The notes below the pieces were generated by a model. It was not told where the DNA came from and did not search any database. It saw only the letters and a program-made list of their open reading frames with translations. 64,000 nt of DNA from Oligoflexia bacterium (GTDB taxonomy: Bacteria > Bdellovibrionota > UBA1018). The DNA lies in the NCBI GenBank assembly GCA_963758495.1, contig CAVWVI010000001.1, positions 321,719-385,718 of the forward strand. Direction: 5' to 3'. Positions 40,160 through 50,083 of the stretch are shown in pieces (the stretch's first letter is position 1; the number at the start of each line of letters is the position of its first letter). Position numbers and translations under genes: made by a program.

Positions 40160-43100
40160 CTAACGAAGGTGCCTTGGATGTTCTCCAGGACTAATGGTTT
40201 TGGACCGTCCTTCTAAATGGGAGGCTGTATCAAAAGTTGTAACAAACCCTACGAGGAGTGAAAGACTATTTCCTCTTCGGTCAATTTTTCCTTTCACAAT
40301 CAAAAGTCGTGAATTCCGAATGATATTCACAAACCGTTCGTAGACATGTTTGAAAAAGATAAGATCTATAGAACCAACTTCATCTTCCAATGTCATGAAT
40401 GCCACCCCTTTGGCAGTGGGTGGTCGTTGCAAAACCATCACAATCCCCGCATAAGTCACGCTAGCTCCATGCCGAGTTGCTTTTATTTCAGTACTTGTCA
40501 TCTGAGGAAGAGATGGATTCACAGATCGGATCCCTTTCATTACATTGCCCCGCAAAGAATATCCTAAGCCACGATAGTCCTCGGTGATTCCTTCATAGAG
40601 AGTCATCGATTCAAAAACCTGATCTTGCGATATTAGGTCTGGCCCACTCCCTTGAAAAAGACTGAGTTGCTGAGCATTCTTTTGTTCAAAAAGGTTTCTC
40701 AATTCAATTGATTTCCAAAAGCTGTGTCGTTGATCCAGCCCAAAGGAGGCAAAAACATCTAACATTGCCATTGTTTCAATTACTTCTCTTGAAAAATGAG
40801 TCCTTCTCAAGAAGTCATAAATGCTTTGAAAGGGAGCTTGCGTGCGCTCTTGAACCATATATTCAAAGTCTCTTTTCCTAATCCCATGAATATTTCTGAA
40901 GCCCATTCTTACAGTCATAGTTTCGGTACGGGTCGCATCCCAGCTGGAGAGATTAGGATGAATAGGAAGAACTTTTACTCCGTGTCGAATTGCATCATGG
41001 ATCAAAACATCGATTGGATAAAAACCCATGGGCTGTGCGTTGATGAGACCGATGAGAAGTTCCGTGGGATGATAGAACTTAAGCCATGCTGAAAGATAAC
41101 TGAGGATTGCAAACGATGCAGCGTGAGACTCTGGAAAACCATAGGCTGAAAAGCCCTTCATATAACCAAATAATTCTTTGGCCCTCCCTTCTGACATTCC
41201 ACCAGCAATCAGACCTTTGTAAAATCGTATACTCAAGGCATCAACTGCCTCGGCCGATCTCCAGGCTGCAATCGCTCGCCGAAGTTGATCCGCTTCTCCT
41301 GGAGAAAACCCTGCCTTGTCGATTGCAAGCTTCATGACTTGTTCTTGAAAAATTGGAATTCCGTAGGTGCGACCCAATATCTTTTCAGTAGCAGCGTCTT
41401 CAAATAGATAAGGCGTTCCCCTCTTTGCATCCTCCCTTCTCTTGATATAAGGATTTTTCATTTCACCGACGTTTGGTCCAGGTCTGACTAATGCCACTTC
41501 AACAACTAAGTCATAAAAACATTCTGGTTTAGTCACTCCCAATGTCGTAATTTGGGCACGGGACTCAATTTGAAACGTACCGATCGTGTCTCCTCGTTGC
41601 ATCATTCCGTATACTTTTTGATCATCTTCTTGAGGAATTTCAGAAAAATGAATTCCAATAAGATCACAAGCTTTATGAATAGCTGAAAGAAAACCTAAAC
41701 TTAAAACATCAATTTTGATGAGCTTGAGAGTATCTAGGTCATTCTTATCCCACTGACAAATAGTCCTATTTTGCATTCGGGCTGGCTCTACTGGTACAGT
41801 ATCGATAATAGGATTAGCCGATAATGTAAAACCACAAGCGTGAATTGAAAGATGTCTTGGAAATCCTTTCAGCTCAGAAGTAAGTTGTTCAATTTTCTCT
41901 CTTTTGCTGATTAGTTCTCCAGCATGTTGCTCAAAGTCCCTTTCTAATTCAGCGGCTGAGATCGTTCCAATAGGAACGCCCACCGCCTTACTCATTTCAA
42001 GAAATGCACTTCTTCGACGAAAGGTCCTCACCGCAGAGATCATTGCAGCGCGATCTCGACCATACTTGTTATAAATGTACTGGATGACCTCCTCTCTTCT
42101 TTCATGTTCAAAGTCCACATCAATGTCAGGAGGTTCGCCGCGATTTTCACTAATAAATCGTTCAAATAAAAGATTTGATTTAACAGGATCAATGACCGTG
42201 ATTCCAAGGCAATAGCAGATCACCGAATTAGCCGCAGATCCTCGACCCTGACAGTAAATATTGCTTTTCTTGGCGAAATCAACAATGTCATAAACAGTAA
42301 GAAAGTAATCTGCATAATCCATTTTTTTTGTCAGCATGAATTCATGCAGAATTTGCTTCTCTACCTCAATAGGTATTGCTCCCTTATAGCGCTCATGAGC
42401 GCCTTGCCAGACCAGTTCCTCTAAATACATTTGAGCCGTATAATCTTGAGGAATCCATTCTGAAGGATATTGATAGGAAAGCTCGGAGAGAGAAAATGTA
42501 CAGCTTTCTGCAATATCCAACGATGCCTGAATTGCATCGGGCAGATCTCGAAAGAGTGAACGCATTTGTAAAGGAGACTTAAGGTATCTTTCTTCATTTG
42601 GAAACAGCTTGAAGCCAGCACTTTTCAAAGTGACTCCCTCGCGAACACAAGTCAGAGCATCTTGAAGAGATCTTCTCTCAGGCACATGATAGTGAACATC
42701 ATTGGTAGCAACTATTTTCAAATGCCATTCTCTAGCCCTCGCTAAAGTAAATTCAGTTCGATGATCATCAAGTCCGTCCAGATACCGAGCGAGGCTGAGA
42801 TAGAATCGGCTTCCAAAAATTTCTTTAAGAAGAGAATAATTTGTCCGATTCGACGCTCGACACAGACAAATAAGTCCCGCTGCTCCATCCATTTTCATGA
42901 AGAAAATCAATTCGGGTAGGGTCAATTCTCCTTTACCCTTTTCTTTTCCACGATGTGCGGTTGTAATCATTCTGCACATCAATCCGTATGCGGAACGATC
43001 ACGAGCAAGCAGAGTGAGAGGAGAATGTTCACGAATGATCAGTTCACAGCCAGAAATAAGTTTGATCTTAGGAAACTGCCTGAGCGCTTCATACGCTCGT

Positions 43101-43246
43101 GGTAATGCATAAACCCCATTCACGTCAGTCAGTGCTATAGAGGGAATTCCAAGCTCCGATGCACGCTGCATGTACTCGGCAGCTTCTGAAGCTCCTCGAA
43201 GGAAAGAGAAATTTGTTTTACACTGGAGTTCGGCGTACATTGACAA
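40160..43246 (-). CDS. dnaE2: Error-prone DNA polymerase DnaE2 (ImuC)
   Basis: A 1028-aa PolIII-alpha homolog with an N-terminal PHP domain, at the last position of an imuA-imuB cassette. Confidence 0.85.
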   Translation of the reverse strand: MSMYAELQCKTNFSFLRGASEAAEYMQRASELGIPSIALTDVNGVYALPRAYEALRQFPKIKLISGCELIIREHSPLTLLARDRSAYGLMCRMITTAHRGKEKGKGELTLPELIFFMKMDGAAGLICLCRASNRTNYSLLKEIFGSRFYLSLARYLDGLDDHRTEFTLARAREWHLKIVATNDVHYHVPERRSLQDALTCVREGVTLKSAGFKLFPNEERYLKSPLQMRSLFRDLPDAIQASLDIAESCTFSLSELSYQYPSEWIPQDYTAQMYLEELVWQGAHERYKGAIPIEVEKQILHEFMLTKKMDYADYFLTVYDIVDFAKKSNIYCQGRGSAANSVICYCLGITVIDPVKSNLLFERFISENRGEPPDIDVDFEHERREEVIQYIYNKYGRDRAAMISAVRTFRRRSAFLEMSKAVGVPIGTISAAELERDFEQHAGELISKREKIEQLTSELKGFPRHLSIHACGFTLSANPIIDTVPVEPARMQNRTICQWDKNDLDTLKLIKIDVLSLGFLSAIHKACDLIGIHFSEIPQEDDQKVYGMMQRGDTIGTFQIESRAQITTLGVTKPECFYDLVVEVALVRPGPNVGEMKNPYIKRREDAKRGTPYLFEDAATEKILGRTYGIPIFQEQVMKLAIDKAGFSPGEADQLRRAIAAWRSAEAVDALSIRFYKGLIAGGMSEGRAKELFGYMKGFSAYGFPESHAASFAILSYLSAWLKFYHPTELLIGLINAQPMGFYPIDVLIHDAIRHGVKVLPIHPNLSSWDATRTETMTVRMGFRNIHGIRKRDFEYMVQERTQAPFQSIYDFLRRTHFSREVIETMAMLDVFASFGLDQRHSFWKSIELRNLFEQKNAQQLSLFQGSGPDLISQDQVFESMTLYEGITEDYRGLGYSLRGNVMKGIRSVNPSLPQMTSTEIKATRHGASVTYAGIVMVLQRPPTAKGVAFMTLEDEVGSIDLIFFKHVYERFVNIIRNSRLLIVKGKIDRRGNSLSLLVGFVTTFDTASHLEGRSKTISPGEHPRHLR

Positions 43247-43249
43247 ACC

Positions 43250-44560
43250 TCATTCAAAATAGCCGTGAACAAAGTAATGGTGCCCAGGATCAGAGAAAAT
43301 CCAGAGCGCTCGGCCACCTACTAGCTCTACTCGATAATAATTACGAGCAGGGACATCATCCAGCCAATCAAGCGAAAGACGTTCCACCTTCGACCATCGA
43401 ACTGATTTGAATGCCTTTCCTTTGAAGACAATTCTATCTTGAATCACCGATACAGGAATAGGAGATTTAAAAATGCGGGTAGGCCTACGAGGATACTTAT
43501 CTTTTAAATCGACTTGTAGGCAGTCTCTTTGATTAATTTTTTCCCAACTCTTTTCTGGGAATCTCTCTTCGGTGGTTTTAGCCCAGAAAACCCTATCTCT
43601 TCCCAAATATTCTTGTAACTGTCCAAATAATGATCCCATTGCCTCATCAAAGACTTCTTTTGAATGAAAGAAATTACGCTGAGCACTTTGCCCTACAGTT
43701 GTAGAAAGAACATCACAAGTCATAGCAGTGACGAAAGACTCAATAGGAGTTCTACAAAGATCCGCATTTAACCTTTCTCTCAGTATGGGAAGAAATCTTG
43801 AGGTTGACCCCTGAGGAGTAATGAACTCAAAACTCCACTCTCGAATTGAGTTTTTCACAGTAGAATATTTTTCTAACTCCATGGAAAAGCGAATTCTTTC
43901 AGCGCGCAACACACGTCCGCGAAGTCTGCTAAAAAGACGATCCAATATTTCCTTCGCCTTAAAGAGAAGCGGCTCAATTTCGGAACAATATTCGGATGGA
44001 AGAAGTTCGATTCTTTCTATAAAGGTTTCAGGGGGTTTCCAATAGGGCCAAGGAATGTCAGCGGCACCCTCAATCCTCTGTCTACAATAGAGTCCAAGAC
44101 CTCCGAATCTAGATGGAATACTTGAAATTGGAATTGATTTAAATTTAAGAATCGTATGAATTCCCAATCTCTTCAAAGACTCAATCATCTTTAGAATCGA
44201 TTTTCGTCCCAATGGGTCGCTACCAAAAGGATCACCAAAATCATCCAGGGACTCTATAGGAAGTTGATCGACAGGAAGTTGATCGACGCAATGAACCTGA
44301 TATCGCGCCAAAGCCAAAGAAGAGGGAATATCACCTGAAATTGCAATTTTGCCACCTATATTAAATCGCCGTAGAAGGACTTGCATTCTAGCAATAAAGG
44401 AATTTTCTGAGTAAAGAGAGCTACATTTGCTAATTTCAATAAAAACTATATTGGGTTCACGTAATGCAATTTGGGGACTAAACCGCAGACATGCTTCAGC
44501 GAACTCCAAAAGACTCGAATGATCGATTGCCTTAGAAAGTAAAATACACGCCACTCTCAT
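43250..44560 (-). CDS. imuB: ImuB (Y-family polymerase-like, catalytically inactive)
   Basis: Position between imuA and dnaE2 and an ImuB-like N-terminus (MRVACILL...). Confidence 0.65.
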   Translation of the reverse strand: MRVACILLSKAIDHSSLLEFAEACLRFSPQIALREPNIVFIEISKCSSLYSENSFIARMQVLLRRFNIGGKIAISGDIPSSLALARYQVHCVDQLPVDQLPIESLDDFGDPFGSDPLGRKSILKMIESLKRLGIHTILKFKSIPISSIPSRFGGLGLYCRQRIEGAADIPWPYWKPPETFIERIELLPSEYCSEIEPLLFKAKEILDRLFSRLRGRVLRAERIRFSMELEKYSTVKNSIREWSFEFITPQGSTSRFLPILRERLNADLCRTPIESFVTAMTCDVLSTTVGQSAQRNFFHSKEVFDEAMGSLFGQLQEYLGRDRVFWAKTTEERFPEKSWEKINQRDCLQVDLKDKYPRRPTRIFKSPIPVSVIQDRIVFKGKAFKSVRWSKVERLSLDWLDDVPARNYYRVELVGGRALWIFSDPGHHYFVHGYFE

Positions 44561-45111
44561 AGAGCTTCCGATTGAGAGAACTTAGTTTTCAAAATTTCAA
44601 CAGTATATGCACTTGCGTGATCGTTCCAGTTCACTTTAATTTGAAAGGGAATGGCCCAAGTATGCTTCGGAATTTTTGAGAGAAAAAAAACGGCTGCATT
44701 TGATTCCCGAGCAAAGAGCTGAAGGGCCTTTAACATCTTCACCTCTGTTATAGCTCCTGGTAGGACGATACAGTCGAATAACTTACTCCGTAGAGCTTTT
44801 CTAAGAGCTTGGAAAAGTTTGTCTCCTGCCTCGGCTATCAGGACGTGAGAAAGCGCTACTCCTCGCTGATGAATCGCTGTAGGAAGGATAGTTAATTGAT
44901 CTTCAACCCAGAAAGTATTTATGTTCGGATTTTGCTTCAATAAGCTAAGAGTCCACTCAGTTCGCGCAGAACCAATGACTTCACAAATAACTCCTCGTGG
45001 AACACCGCTAGTAACTGTGTCACAAATAAGGAATTCCCTTTTTTCTATTCCTTTCAATTGACTCAGCTTTTCTCGGATTTCAATTAGATTTGGGCGCTCC
45101 TTTCTATCCAT
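44557..45111 (-). CDS. imuA: ImuA (SulA/RecA-like inactive ATPase)
   Basis: Size, position and translational coupling in the lexA-imuA-imuB-dnaE2 arrangement. Confidence 0.55.
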   Translation of the reverse strand: MDRKERPNLIEIREKLSQLKGIEKREFLICDTVTSGVPRGVICEVIGSARTEWTLSLLKQNPNINTFWVEDQLTILPTAIHQRGVALSHVLIAEAGDKLFQALRKALRSKLFDCIVLPGAITEVKMLKALQLFARESNAAVFFLSKIPKHTWAIPFQIKVNWNDHASAYTVEILKTKFSQSEAL

Positions 45112-45120
45112 AGCTTCTTC

Positions 45121-45741
45121 TTAGATTACCCTTCGAATCACTCCCGCAACAATTCCTTCAATTTGAAAAGATTGTTTTGGACCCACAATAATTGGGCGAT
45201 AGTCAGGATTAGCTGGATGAAGCTCAATGGTTCCTTTTTTAGGATAAAACCGTTTTACTGTGGCAGCATCATTCACTAAAGCCACAACCATCTGCCCACG
45301 TTCAGCAGTCCTTTGTTTTTTGACAATGACGAAATCGCCGTGAAGAATTCCATCTTCGATCATAGAATTTCCCATGACTTCGAGAACAAAATGCACACCT
45401 CGCTTCACCATCGAAGCCGGTACTTCAATCTGATCTTGAGTTTCAATCGCTTCGATAGGTCTACCTGCAGCTACCCGCCCCAAAAGAGGAAGGGTTAAAC
45501 CTAATGCTGCCCTCGGCTTTAGAGGGTTTACCGAAAGACCACGCCTCGCATGAGGAGTGTTCTCTAAGAGCCCCTCATCTCTAAGACGAACCAAGTAATC
45601 CTGAACGGTACCGAGCGATCGGTAGCCAAAATGCTTTGCAATCTCTGCTTGAGAAGGAGCAAAATCATTCTCTACACGAAAGTCCGTGATGAAATCTAAT
45701 ATAGCCTTCTGTTTTGGTGTAAGCGGCATACCGGAATACAT
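45121..45741 (-). CDS. lexA: LexA repressor (S24 peptidase)
   Basis: An N-terminal winged HTH and a C-terminal S24 domain with GNSMIEDGI and KRF(Y) Ser/Lys dyad motifs. Confidence 0.85.
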   Translation of the reverse strand: MYSGMPLTPKQKAILDFITDFRVENDFAPSQAEIAKHFGYRSLGTVQDYLVRLRDEGLLENTPHARRGLSVNPLKPRAALGLTLPLLGRVAAGRPIEAIETQDQIEVPASMVKRGVHFVLEVMGNSMIEDGILHGDFVIVKKQRTAERGQMVVALVNDAATVKRFYPKKGTIELHPANPDYRPIIVGPKQSFQIEGIVAGVIRRVI

Positions 45742-45880
45742 AACCGTAACTTTACCGTAAGTCGAGCAACTTAATCCTGACCATCAAAATCAATTTTAAT
45801 TTAAAATGAATTTTTCCTGAAATTACGTTAACTTTCAAAAATAAGTACAAGCGCGTTAAAGTGAAAATCGAGGATAGAAA

Positions 45881-46849
45881 ATGTGCTACTCAGCGATGGT
45901 TCAGCAGCATCTCAAGCAACTCAGTTTCAAGTTCAATGCTAGAATTGATTATAGTGCTTTCACTGAACTATTTGAATCCAGACTCAAAGGGAACAAAATT
46001 ACCGTTCCTAAAGCTCTGGAATTCAATTTCACTCACGACCCGCAATTGCCAGAAGAAAGAAAAATACGCGATCTCATTGTTGAGTACAACAACCAGCAAC
46101 AAAGCAAGGACGAGCAGGAACTATTTAAACAACAAAAGCGGCTGACAGCTGCAAAGCACACAATTGAAAATAAACCGACTAAAAAAGCAATAGAAGAGCA
46201 AAGAATCGCGACTCATAAAATTGAATGGTACAAAGAAAGAATAAAAAAAAGAAAATCCCCATCCTTGATTGAAACCGATTCTCGTATCTTTCCCCTGTGT
46301 TTCGCTCCCGTGATCCGATCAAAAGATAATGAACTTATTATTGAACCCCGACGGTATTTACTACGACCTAGAGGCCAGCCAGAATCCTTTGATCGAAAGT
46401 ACAACGGATGCTACAACGCTCGTGAAGACAGCCTAGAAAAAGTATTTTTCTGGAAAAATCTATTCGGTAAAAATCACGCAATGATGGTTATTACAGAATT
46501 CTTCGAAAATGTTCCCGAGTACCTCTATCAGAAACGAGAACTAAAAACAGGAGAAGAAGAGAAAAACCTCATTCTTCGATTTCAACCTCGAGGAATAAAA
46601 GAAATGTATATTCCATGTGTATTTGATGATTGGGAAGAAAAAGATAAATGGGACTTACATTCCTTTGCACTCATTACCACAAATCCTCCCCCTGAAATTG
46701 CAGCTACTGGGCACAATCGATGCCCAATCTTTTTACAGGACAAAAATATTATTCCTTGGCTAAACCCAGCTAATAAGTCCATGAAAGATTTGCATGCGAT
46801 TCTAAGTGAAAAACAAACGCCATTTTATGAGCATGCTCTCGTTGCTTGA
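45881..46849 (+). CDS. SOS-response-associated peptidase (SRAP/YedK/HMCES family) with an about 90-aa charged coiled-coil insertion
   Basis: Starts MC (catalytic Cys2). Conserved blocks include YNARED, HAMMVITEFFE, and ITTNPPPEIAATGHNRCPIFL...WLNP with the C-terminal catalytic His. A KEQ-rich insert lies between aa 20 and 115. Confidence 0.7.
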   Translation: MCYSAMVQQHLKQLSFKFNARIDYSAFTELFESRLKGNKITVPKALEFNFTHDPQLPEERKIRDLIVEYNNQQQSKDEQELFKQQKRLTAAKHTIENKPTKKAIEEQRIATHKIEWYKERIKKRKSPSLIETDSRIFPLCFAPVIRSKDNELIIEPRRYLLRPRGQPESFDRKYNGCYNAREDSLEKVFFWKNLFGKNHAMMVITEFFENVPEYLYQKRELKTGEEEKNLILRFQPRGIKEMYIPCVFDDWEEKDKWDLHSFALITTNPPPEIAATGHNRCPIFLQDKNIIPWLNPANKSMKDLHAILSEKQTPFYEHALVA

Positions 46850-46963
46850 GGTGGCATTTTATTCGGGCTACTATTTTTAGTCTCGATAATCACACTTATT
46901 GTCTATAAAATCCCTACGCAACATGGGTTCCCGAAGAGTGTTTAAAAGGGATACGTTCAAAGA

Positions 46964-47203
46964 GTGCAGGATTGCCTTCATATAAACAAGGAAGATATTG
47001 CTGCTGCATATGTAAGTGAGTGTCTATCTGAAAGAGGTAAAGATAGAAGTAAAATACTTTTAGCCGCTCTCATGAATGTTGCAAAGGCACAGGGCATTAG
47101 CAACCTTTCTAAAGGTTCTGAATCAAAACGTCGTATGATTTACAAAGCACTACCTGAAGATGCTAATCCAAGCGTTGCAACTCTTGAAGCCATTCTGGAA
47201 TGA
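46964..47203 (+). CDS. Addiction-module antidote-like HTH protein (TIGR02684-like), apparently N-terminally short, with no partner toxin gene
   Basis: ...IAAAYVSECLSERGKDRSKILLAALMNVAKAQGISNLSKGSESKRRMIYKALPEDANPSVATLEAIL resembles the antidote family; it has a GTG start and only 110 bp upstream before the SRAP stop. Confidence 0.45.
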   Translation: MQDCLHINKEDIAAAYVSECLSERGKDRSKILLAALMNVAKAQGISNLSKGSESKRRMIYKALPEDANPSVATLEAILE

Positions 47204-47643
47204 TATGGGACTTACTTTGGGAGTAATGCCTCTAAAAAATACTGGCAATTTGCTGTGACCATAGAGATGATGACTAGATCTAAATCCTTTGAAAAATGCG
47301 TCACACCTAAAACGAGCGCAGGACGTTTTTTTTCACTCTTAAGATTTGTAAATGGGAATTTAACGAGAACGATATCTCCTGCATTCACTTTAAAAAGAAA
47401 TATACTCGATCATTCGCCCCTTGACTCATTCAATCTCACTCATTATTGAGCCTCAACACCTCGCAAATGTTCCCACGGAGCCCCCCCTACACTCTCTCAG
47501 GCTACTCGAACGGTAGTGTGACTTCCGTTTTAACGTAAGTTATATCTTGAGACTCTTAATAATTCATCGATATCTAGGGAAGAACATCTTGCGATACTGC
47601 CAGAAACTGAAGTACGGCACCGTGTTTGCTATTCTCGTGAATC

Positions 47644-50058
47644 ATGCGTTTAAAGAATCAGTTTAAGAAAGTAAACTCCACTGCTACGACACAACCGCAG
47701 CTAGAAGAAAATACAAAATGGGGCACTTCCCTCCCCCCCCAAGACATCCTGCCATTTCCACCCACTCCGTCCGCCAGCATAGCTGGCCGCACTATGCAGG
47801 AGTCAGTCTACAAAAAGCGCATTGAGCCACAACGACTTCCAGCCGATGCGCCCAATATCCTGATTGTGTTGATCGATGATGCCGGTCCAGGGCTGCCGTC
47901 ACCGCTGGGAGGTGAAATCCATACTCCGACATTGGAACGGATTCTCAAGACAGGGGTAGGCTACAACAGATTTCATACTACCGCCATGTGTTCTCCTACA
48001 CGAGCATCGTTGTTGAGCGGCCGTAATCATCATGCCGTTAGCGCAGGTCAGATTGCGGAGTTCGCCAACGACTTCGATGCATACAGTGGCATCCAACCCA
48101 AGAGCGCCGCCATGATTCCGGAGATACTCAAGAACTATGGCTATAGTACGGGCGCCTGGGGCAAGTGGCACAACACGCCAGCTAATCAAACTACTGCGAC
48201 CGGCCCTTTTGACTATTGGCCCACGGGCTATGGTTTCGAGTATTTTTATGGTTTTCTGGGTGCCGAATCCTCTCAGTATGAACCCAACTTGTACCGTAAC
48301 ACATCAATAGTAGCTCCACCCAAGACACCCGCGGAAGGCTATCATCTCAGTGAAGATCTTGCGAATAATGCGATCGCCTGGCTCCAGCAACACAGAGCCC
48401 TCCAGCCCAAAAAGCCTTTTTTTATGTATTGGGCAAGTGGTGCGGTTCACGGTCCTCATCATATTTGGAATCATTGGGCCGACAAGTACAAGGGCAAGTT
48501 TGATTCAGGTTGGGACGAGTATCGTGAACGTGTCTTGAAAAAGGCGAAAGAAAAAGGGTGGATTCCGCAAAACGCACAGCTCACGCCGCGTCCTCCGACA
48601 ATGCCATCTTGGGACAGCATCCCAGAATCTCAAAAACCTTTCCAACGTCGCTTGATGGAAGTGTTTGCCGGATTTTGCGAACACGTTGATACTCAAGTAG
48701 GCCGGGTCGTGGATGAAGTGGAGCGGTTGGGCTACGGTGATAACACACTCATTTTTTATATTTGGGGTGACAATGGCTCCTCAGCCGAAGGACAGAACGG
48801 CACGATCTCTGAACTGCTGACAGAAAATGGAATTTCCACTACAATCGAGCAGCATCTTGAGGCTCTCGAAAAACTGGGAGGCCTCAACGCCCTGGGTACT
48901 CCTAAAACAGACAATATGTATCACGCCTGTTGGGCCTGGGCAGGCAGCACGCCTTATAAATCGACAAAGCTCATAGCAGCACATTTCGGCGGCACGCGAA
49001 ATCCGATGATCGTGCGTTGGCCATCCAAGATTAAACCCGATGCCTCGCCGCGCACTCAGTTTCATCATTGCATTGATATCGCTCCCACTCTCTACGAAAT
49101 TCTCGGAATTACTCCTCCACGAGTGGTCAACGGAATCCCTCAAGACAAGATCCATGGAGTGAGCCTCGCCTATTCTCTCAACAATCCGACGGCCGAAGGC
49201 CGCCTGATGAGCCAATACTTTGAAATCATGGGGAGCCGTGGAATCTATCATAACGGTTGGTTTGCTTCCGCATTTGGACCGCGCATCCCTTGGATTCCAG
49301 GCGTCTCAGGTAACATCAAGAACTGGACACCGGACTCGGATCCATGGGAACTCTATAACCTAGAAGAAGATTGGTCTCAGGCCAATGATCTCGCAGCGCA
49401 GATGCCAGAAAAACTGGCGCAAATGAAAGAGCTTTTTACCATCGAGTTCGCCCGGAATAACGCCTATCCTGTTGGTGGTGGCCTTTGGGTCCTATTACAT
49501 CCCGAGGATCTCATCTCTTCTCCCTCTCTGGAATGGACGTTTTCTGGAAAAATCACTCGTATCCCGGAAATCGCGGCACCCAAGCTCGGCAATACACCAA
49601 ATATCGTTACCATTGATGCCGAGATCCCCAACAACACACACGGCGTACTTTATGCTCTCGGAGGGTTCGGTGGTGGACTCACTTGCTACATGGACGATGG
49701 ATATCTAGCGTATGAATATAATTTATTTATGATTCAACGAACCAAACTTCGCTCGGCTCAGCGTCTGCCACACGGTAAGGTCAGAATTGAAATTAAAACA
49801 ACGATGCCCGAGCTTCGCCCTGGCGGACCACTTGAAATCACAATTAAGGCCAACGGTACCATCGTTGTAAAAGGCCAGGTGCCTGCTTCAGTGCCCCTCA
49901 TCTTTTCCACGGACTGCTTCGATATAGGTATATGTCAGGGTTCGCCGGTCTCTGAAGACTATTTTGACAGAGCTCCATTTGAATTTAATGGCACAATAGA
50001 TCAAGTCCACATTCAATATGTAAGCGCCGGCGAGAAGCAACTGACGGAAGCGGCATAA
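47644..50058 (+). CDS. Arylsulfatase (formylglycine-dependent sulfatase) with a C-terminal extension
   Basis: Sulfatase signature CSPTRASLLSGR and an N-terminal metal-binding LIDDAG; the start may be internal. Confidence 0.8.
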   Translation: MRLKNQFKKVNSTATTQPQLEENTKWGTSLPPQDILPFPPTPSASIAGRTMQESVYKKRIEPQRLPADAPNILIVLIDDAGPGLPSPLGGEIHTPTLERILKTGVGYNRFHTTAMCSPTRASLLSGRNHHAVSAGQIAEFANDFDAYSGIQPKSAAMIPEILKNYGYSTGAWGKWHNTPANQTTATGPFDYWPTGYGFEYFYGFLGAESSQYEPNLYRNTSIVAPPKTPAEGYHLSEDLANNAIAWLQQHRALQPKKPFFMYWASGAVHGPHHIWNHWADKYKGKFDSGWDEYRERVLKKAKEKGWIPQNAQLTPRPPTMPSWDSIPESQKPFQRRLMEVFAGFCEHVDTQVGRVVDEVERLGYGDNTLIFYIWGDNGSSAEGQNGTISELLTENGISTTIEQHLEALEKLGGLNALGTPKTDNMYHACWAWAGSTPYKSTKLIAAHFGGTRNPMIVRWPSKIKPDASPRTQFHHCIDIAPTLYEILGITPPRVVNGIPQDKIHGVSLAYSLNNPTAEGRLMSQYFEIMGSRGIYHNGWFASAFGPRIPWIPGVSGNIKNWTPDSDPWELYNLEEDWSQANDLAAQMPEKLAQMKELFTIEFARNNAYPVGGGLWVLLHPEDLISSPSLEWTFSGKITRIPEIAAPKLGNTPNIVTIDAEIPNNTHGVLYALGGFGGGLTCYMDDGYLAYEYNLFMIQRTKLRSAQRLPHGKVRIEIKTTMPELRPGGPLEITIKANGTIVVKGQVPASVPLIFSTDCFDIGICQGSPVSEDYFDRAPFEFNGTIDQVHIQYVSAGEKQLTEAA

Positions 50059-50083
50059 TTTCGGCTTCAAATGGTGCTGCCAC

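Noticed and set aside
45742-45880. Canonical LexA boxes (CTGT-N8-ACAG, GAAC-N4-GTTC, TTAC-N3-GTAA)
   Set aside because: None is present in the lexA/SRAP control region. Only direct repeats of CCGTAA/GTTAACTTT were found, so no operator is annotated as a feature.
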